Origin: an uncultured Rhodospirillaceae bacterium
Lineage (GTDB): Bacteria > Pseudomonadota > Alphaproteobacteria > RF32 > CAG-239
DNA length: 39,108 bases
Assembly (NCBI GenBank): GCA_900318605.1
Contig: ONLJ01000011.1
Location: 1-39,108, forward strand
Direction: 5' to 3'
In this document: in pieces, positions 36,647 through 39,108 of the stretch
How the letters are laid out: the number at the start of each line of letters is the position of its first letter
How positions within the stretch are numbered: the first letter of the stretch is position 1
Position numbers and translations under genes: made by a program
The notes under the pieces: model-generated
Databases searched by the model: none
What the model was told of the DNA's origin: nothing
The model's input: the letters and a program-made list of their open reading frames with translations, nothing else

Positions 36647-38416
36647 ATGAGAAAAGGTGTTGCGAATATAATGCTCTTGGCATTAGTTCTCTTCGGGTTT
36701 AGCAAAATAGCAACAGCCGATGTGTGTTTTTTACCTGACGGTGAAGAATGTGGCAATGGTGTGCCTTATAACGAAGGGTGCGTAAACGGCAACTGTAATC
36801 CTACTCCTCCGACACCGACGTGCGTTGGCTCGAACTGTGATCCGACACCACCGGTTACCTGCCCTGATGGATGTTTTGATACGGAAGAAGCGGCGATATC
36901 AGCCCGCGGTCGTTCAAAAACTGTTGCCGGAACAACCTTTGTTGAGGATTCCTACTATAAATTCAATCAATGTTGGTGTTTAACAACCGAGTGTAGCAAC
37001 CTTGAATACAAACATACTTCTGAATTAGGCGGAAACTGGACATGCACTCCATGCTCCAGACCGAAAAGTAAGTTTTATAACAACCGCTATAAATGTAGCT
37101 GTAACATAACTGCCAAAAATGGTTATACGGCTAACACTACATCTTGCCAGTGGATACCGATACCATGCGAAGAAGGAACATCAACCGATTGTACTCCGAC
37201 CGCGGACGGCTGTACCACTTGCGAAGATACCGGCAAAAAATCAGGCGAACTTTCGTGTACTATAAAACATACTACCGATCCGACATGCCCTGAAGGCGGT
37301 TCGCTGACTAGACCGACATCCGGTTGCTACAATAAAGAAACGCAAAAATGCGGCACCCAAACCTGCTATATACCATACAGCCCTAACTGTACCGGCAATA
37401 AGGAACAAAAAGGTACCGCAGATCAGTGCAGTTGCGTATGCAAAACCGGTTATCATGAACAGGGCTCTGATTGTATTGAAAATGCCTGTCCAACGAATAC
37501 GGTAAAAGAAAGTGATTGTGTCACAACTAACTATACGAAATTTCACCAAACTTCGTCTTATACCGACACTTCCGGTAATACTATTAATTGCGGAACTTGC
37601 AAATGTACCCCGCTGGCAAATGAAACTCAGCCGAATTCAGGTTGTTACAAGCAGGCGCAAGACGATAACGGATGTGGCGAAATGAGAACAGTTTATCTAG
37701 ATGCCACACCTCAATGCGGAAGCAATGCACATGTAACCGGCAGCGGCACAAATTGCAGTTGTGCATGCAACACCGATTATGTACCTTATAATGGCGTTTG
37801 TTGCAAACCGTCGAGCTGCGATTCGTCTTATAATCTGACCACCCAACCGACCAGTGCTACCACTACTTATGATAGTTGCTCTAAGGGTTGCGGACTTGGT
37901 ACGGTTTATAAGTGCAAGGAAGGCTATGAGTTCAAAAACGGAAATTGTGTAAAACCAGGCTGTCCTGAGGGCTCATTTATGTATGAAGGAGAATGTATTA
38001 ACTGCGATACTTGTAAAAACCTCGTAGAAACTACAGGCGGGACCTCAAACAACGGATACACTACGAACAGATGCCGTACTGCAAGTTTGTGTCAACAAGA
38101 TAAAGAGCGAATTGAAAGCACTTATCATTGTGCATGTTCTTGCAGCGAAGGATATAAGTACGGCTGCCTTGTCCACTATAACCTTGAATGTCCGACCTGT
38201 AATTTCCAGACTCCGGCCGAAGGTTATGTCGAACTTATTGATGATGAGCTCACAGAGCTTTGTGAAACCAATTGTCCTATCACTCCAGTAGAAGAACCTG
38301 ATTGTCCTAAGGGTGAGCAGGCCTTCGATGGCATGTGCTACAGTGTTACGGAAGTACTCAAAAATGGTCAGGTAACTGGCAACGGCTTTAACTTTAGCCT
38401 TCCTTCCGATGAATGA
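36647..38416 (+). CDS. Secreted, extremely cysteine-rich repeat protein (EGF-like CxCxxGY spacing)
   Basis: Start set to ATG 36647, after GGAGGAAG at 36637-36644. Signal peptide MRKGVANIMLLALVLFGFSKIATA|D. I count about 64 Cys in 589 aa. Recurrent modules: CSCVCKTGYHEQGSDC, CSCACNTDYVPYNGVCC, CACSCSEGYKYGC, YKCKEGYEFKNGNC. Pro/Thr linkers such as NPTPPTPTC and DPTPPVTC. Confidence 0.6.
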   Translation: MRKGVANIMLLALVLFGFSKIATADVCFLPDGEECGNGVPYNEGCVNGNCNPTPPTPTCVGSNCDPTPPVTCPDGCFDTEEAAISARGRSKTVAGTTFVEDSYYKFNQCWCLTTECSNLEYKHTSELGGNWTCTPCSRPKSKFYNNRYKCSCNITAKNGYTANTTSCQWIPIPCEEGTSTDCTPTADGCTTCEDTGKKSGELSCTIKHTTDPTCPEGGSLTRPTSGCYNKETQKCGTQTCYIPYSPNCTGNKEQKGTADQCSCVCKTGYHEQGSDCIENACPTNTVKESDCVTTNYTKFHQTSSYTDTSGNTINCGTCKCTPLANETQPNSGCYKQAQDDNGCGEMRTVYLDATPQCGSNAHVTGSGTNCSCACNTDYVPYNGVCCKPSSCDSSYNLTTQPTSATTTYDSCSKGCGLGTVYKCKEGYEFKNGNCVKPGCPEGSFMYEGECINCDTCKNLVETTGGTSNNGYTTNRCRTASLCQQDKERIESTYHCACSCSEGYKYGCLVHYNLECPTCNFQTPAEGYVELIDDELTELCETNCPITPVEEPDCPKGEQAFDGMCYSVTEVLKNGQVTGNGFNFSLPSDE

Positions 38417-38918
38417 CGTCTACTATCCTGAAGTTGATGAAACCGAAGGCGGAATGATATGCTTTAAGGTTGTATCAAGTGAAGCCGTCGACTATAATAG
38501 AGATGTATCTGTCGATATTACATGGCGTGGAACATCTGATTTTGAGCACAAAAACGAACCTTGTATACTCGGATATAAAAGCTCTGCAACCCAAGAACCT
38601 TCAATGGCAAATTATATGTGTTCCCCTGAAGTGTTGTCTCGGGTAGGCTATTATGCTACCGGACGTTGTTATGAGGAGGAGGATGATTATTACGGCTCTT
38701 ACAATTCTTGCACAGTAACAAAAATACAGAATCTTTGCTTAAATAGCGGAGCTACAATAATTTCATTGGATAAATTGAATTACTCCGAATGGTCGACCAG
38801 TTCTGTGGTAACTATAAGTGCAGGAGATACAAGCGGTCAAGGATGTGTAACCAGACAAGCAACTTGTGCTTACGACTTGCAAGGAACTGTAACCGATGTA
38901 CATATATCTACTTATTGA
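38409..38918 (+). CDS. Hypothetical 169-aa protein overlapping the 3' end of the Cys-rich gene (or its frameshifted C-terminal continuation)
   Basis: ATG 38409 overlaps the upstream stop within GATGAATGA, an 8-nt overlap. It has no signal peptide and contains 8 Cys. It is followed by a good terminator. Confidence 0.4.
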   Translation: MNDVYYPEVDETEGGMICFKVVSSEAVDYNRDVSVDITWRGTSDFEHKNEPCILGYKSSATQEPSMANYMCSPEVLSRVGYYATGRCYEEEDDYYGSYNSCTVTKIQNLCLNSGATIISLDKLNYSEWSTSSVVTISAGDTSGQGCVTRQATCAYDLQGTVTDVHISTY

Positions 38919-38956
38919 CAGTTGAGTTACATCTGACAATTAGTCGCTTACAAAAC

Positions 38957-38995
38957 CGGCGGAGGTGTCTTTATCCCCCGCCGATTTTGTTTTGG
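38957..38995 (+). terminator. Rho-independent terminator after the Cys-rich gene pair
   Basis: CGGCGGAGG-tgtctttat-CCCCCGCCG (one mismatch), followed by ATTTTGTTTT. Confidence 0.7.
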
Positions 38996-39033
38996 ATACA
39001 ATGGAGGCATTTATTATTTAATAAAAAAGTCAT

Positions 39034-39071
39034 CCCTAAAAATTTTCTTTAAAAGAAAATTTTTTCCAGGG
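39034..39071. repeat. AT-rich inverted repeat / long hairpin
   Basis: CCCT-AAAAATTTTCTTT-a-AAAGAAAATTTTT-tcc-AGGG. The 13-nt arms are perfectly complementary, with an outer CCCT/AGGG pair across a 3-nt bulge. Confidence 0.5.
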
Positions 39072-39108
39072 ATCTTGGAATTAAATTATTGACAAGCAAA
39101 AAAAAAAC

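Noticed and set aside
38789-39052. 87-aa ORF overlapping the end of the 169-aa ORF and running through the terminator.
   Set aside because: It spans a strong rho-independent terminator, has no RBS, and translates to Arg/Cys/Leu-rich sequence with no motif. It is likely spurious.
1-39108. Scanned for CRISPR arrays, tRNA/rRNA genes, IS elements, integrases, toxin-antitoxin pairs and known defence-system signatures.
   Set aside because: I could see none. There are no regularly spaced repeats, no GC-rich cloverleaf-like segments in the intergenic regions, and no transposase or recombinase-like translations in any frame of the ORF track.

Overview
This is a low-GC chromosomal segment from a Gram-negative, apparently anaerobic and fermentative bacterium. 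That lifestyle is suggested by a TolC-family outer-membrane protein, a class III anaerobic ribonucleotide reductase, AdhE and glycogen phosphorylase. Several proteins look proteobacterial, possibly alphaproteobacterial, but the taxon cannot be proven from this window. All calls come from reading the ORF translations and the DNA; no searches were run.

Housekeeping genes present: parE (3' end), secA, a parvulin PPIase, leuS, nrdD/nrdG, trpS, clpB, a tolC-like gene, glgP and adhE. I found no tRNA or rRNA gene, CRISPR array, integrase or transposase.

The main candidate for a new system lies between the PPIase gene and leuS (about 5.2-18.0 kb), in a visibly more AT-rich accessory block.
- Its core (11.8-16.8 kb) has the same enzyme-family set, with closely similar sizes as I recall them, as the Campylobacter jejuni Cj1415-Cj1418 plus methyltransferase cassette. 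That cassette makes the PAPS-like phosphoramidate donor 3'-phospho-CDP-amidate.
- No capsule glycosyltransferase or Cj1421/1422-type transferase accompanies it here.
- Instead it is translationally coupled to a sulfotransferase-fold protein that lacks the PSB-loop lysine.
- It is preceded in the same strand run by a ProRS-like class IIa aminoacyl-tRNA synthetase paralogue and by an atypical LeuRS.
- It faces an MccF-like S66 peptidase plus a HAD phosphatase.
- My leading, unproven reading is a pathway for an N-aminoacyl (O-methyl) phosphoramidate, meaning an aminoacyl-adenylate-mimic type compound or modification in the chemical class of phosmidosine, agrocin 84 and processed microcin C. The sulfotransferase-fold protein would be a new kind of phosphoramidyl transferase.

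Second notable observation: NrdD is naturally split. Its glycyl-radical domain is a separate 71-aa protein. A second, stand-alone 69-aa paralogue sits 4 kb away behind its own pair of NrdR boxes, which suggests a replaceable radical subunit analogous to GrcA.

Other items: a roughly 11% cysteine secreted repeat protein with an overlapping downstream ORF, two paralogous pilin-like proteins, and a 600-bp non-coding gap.
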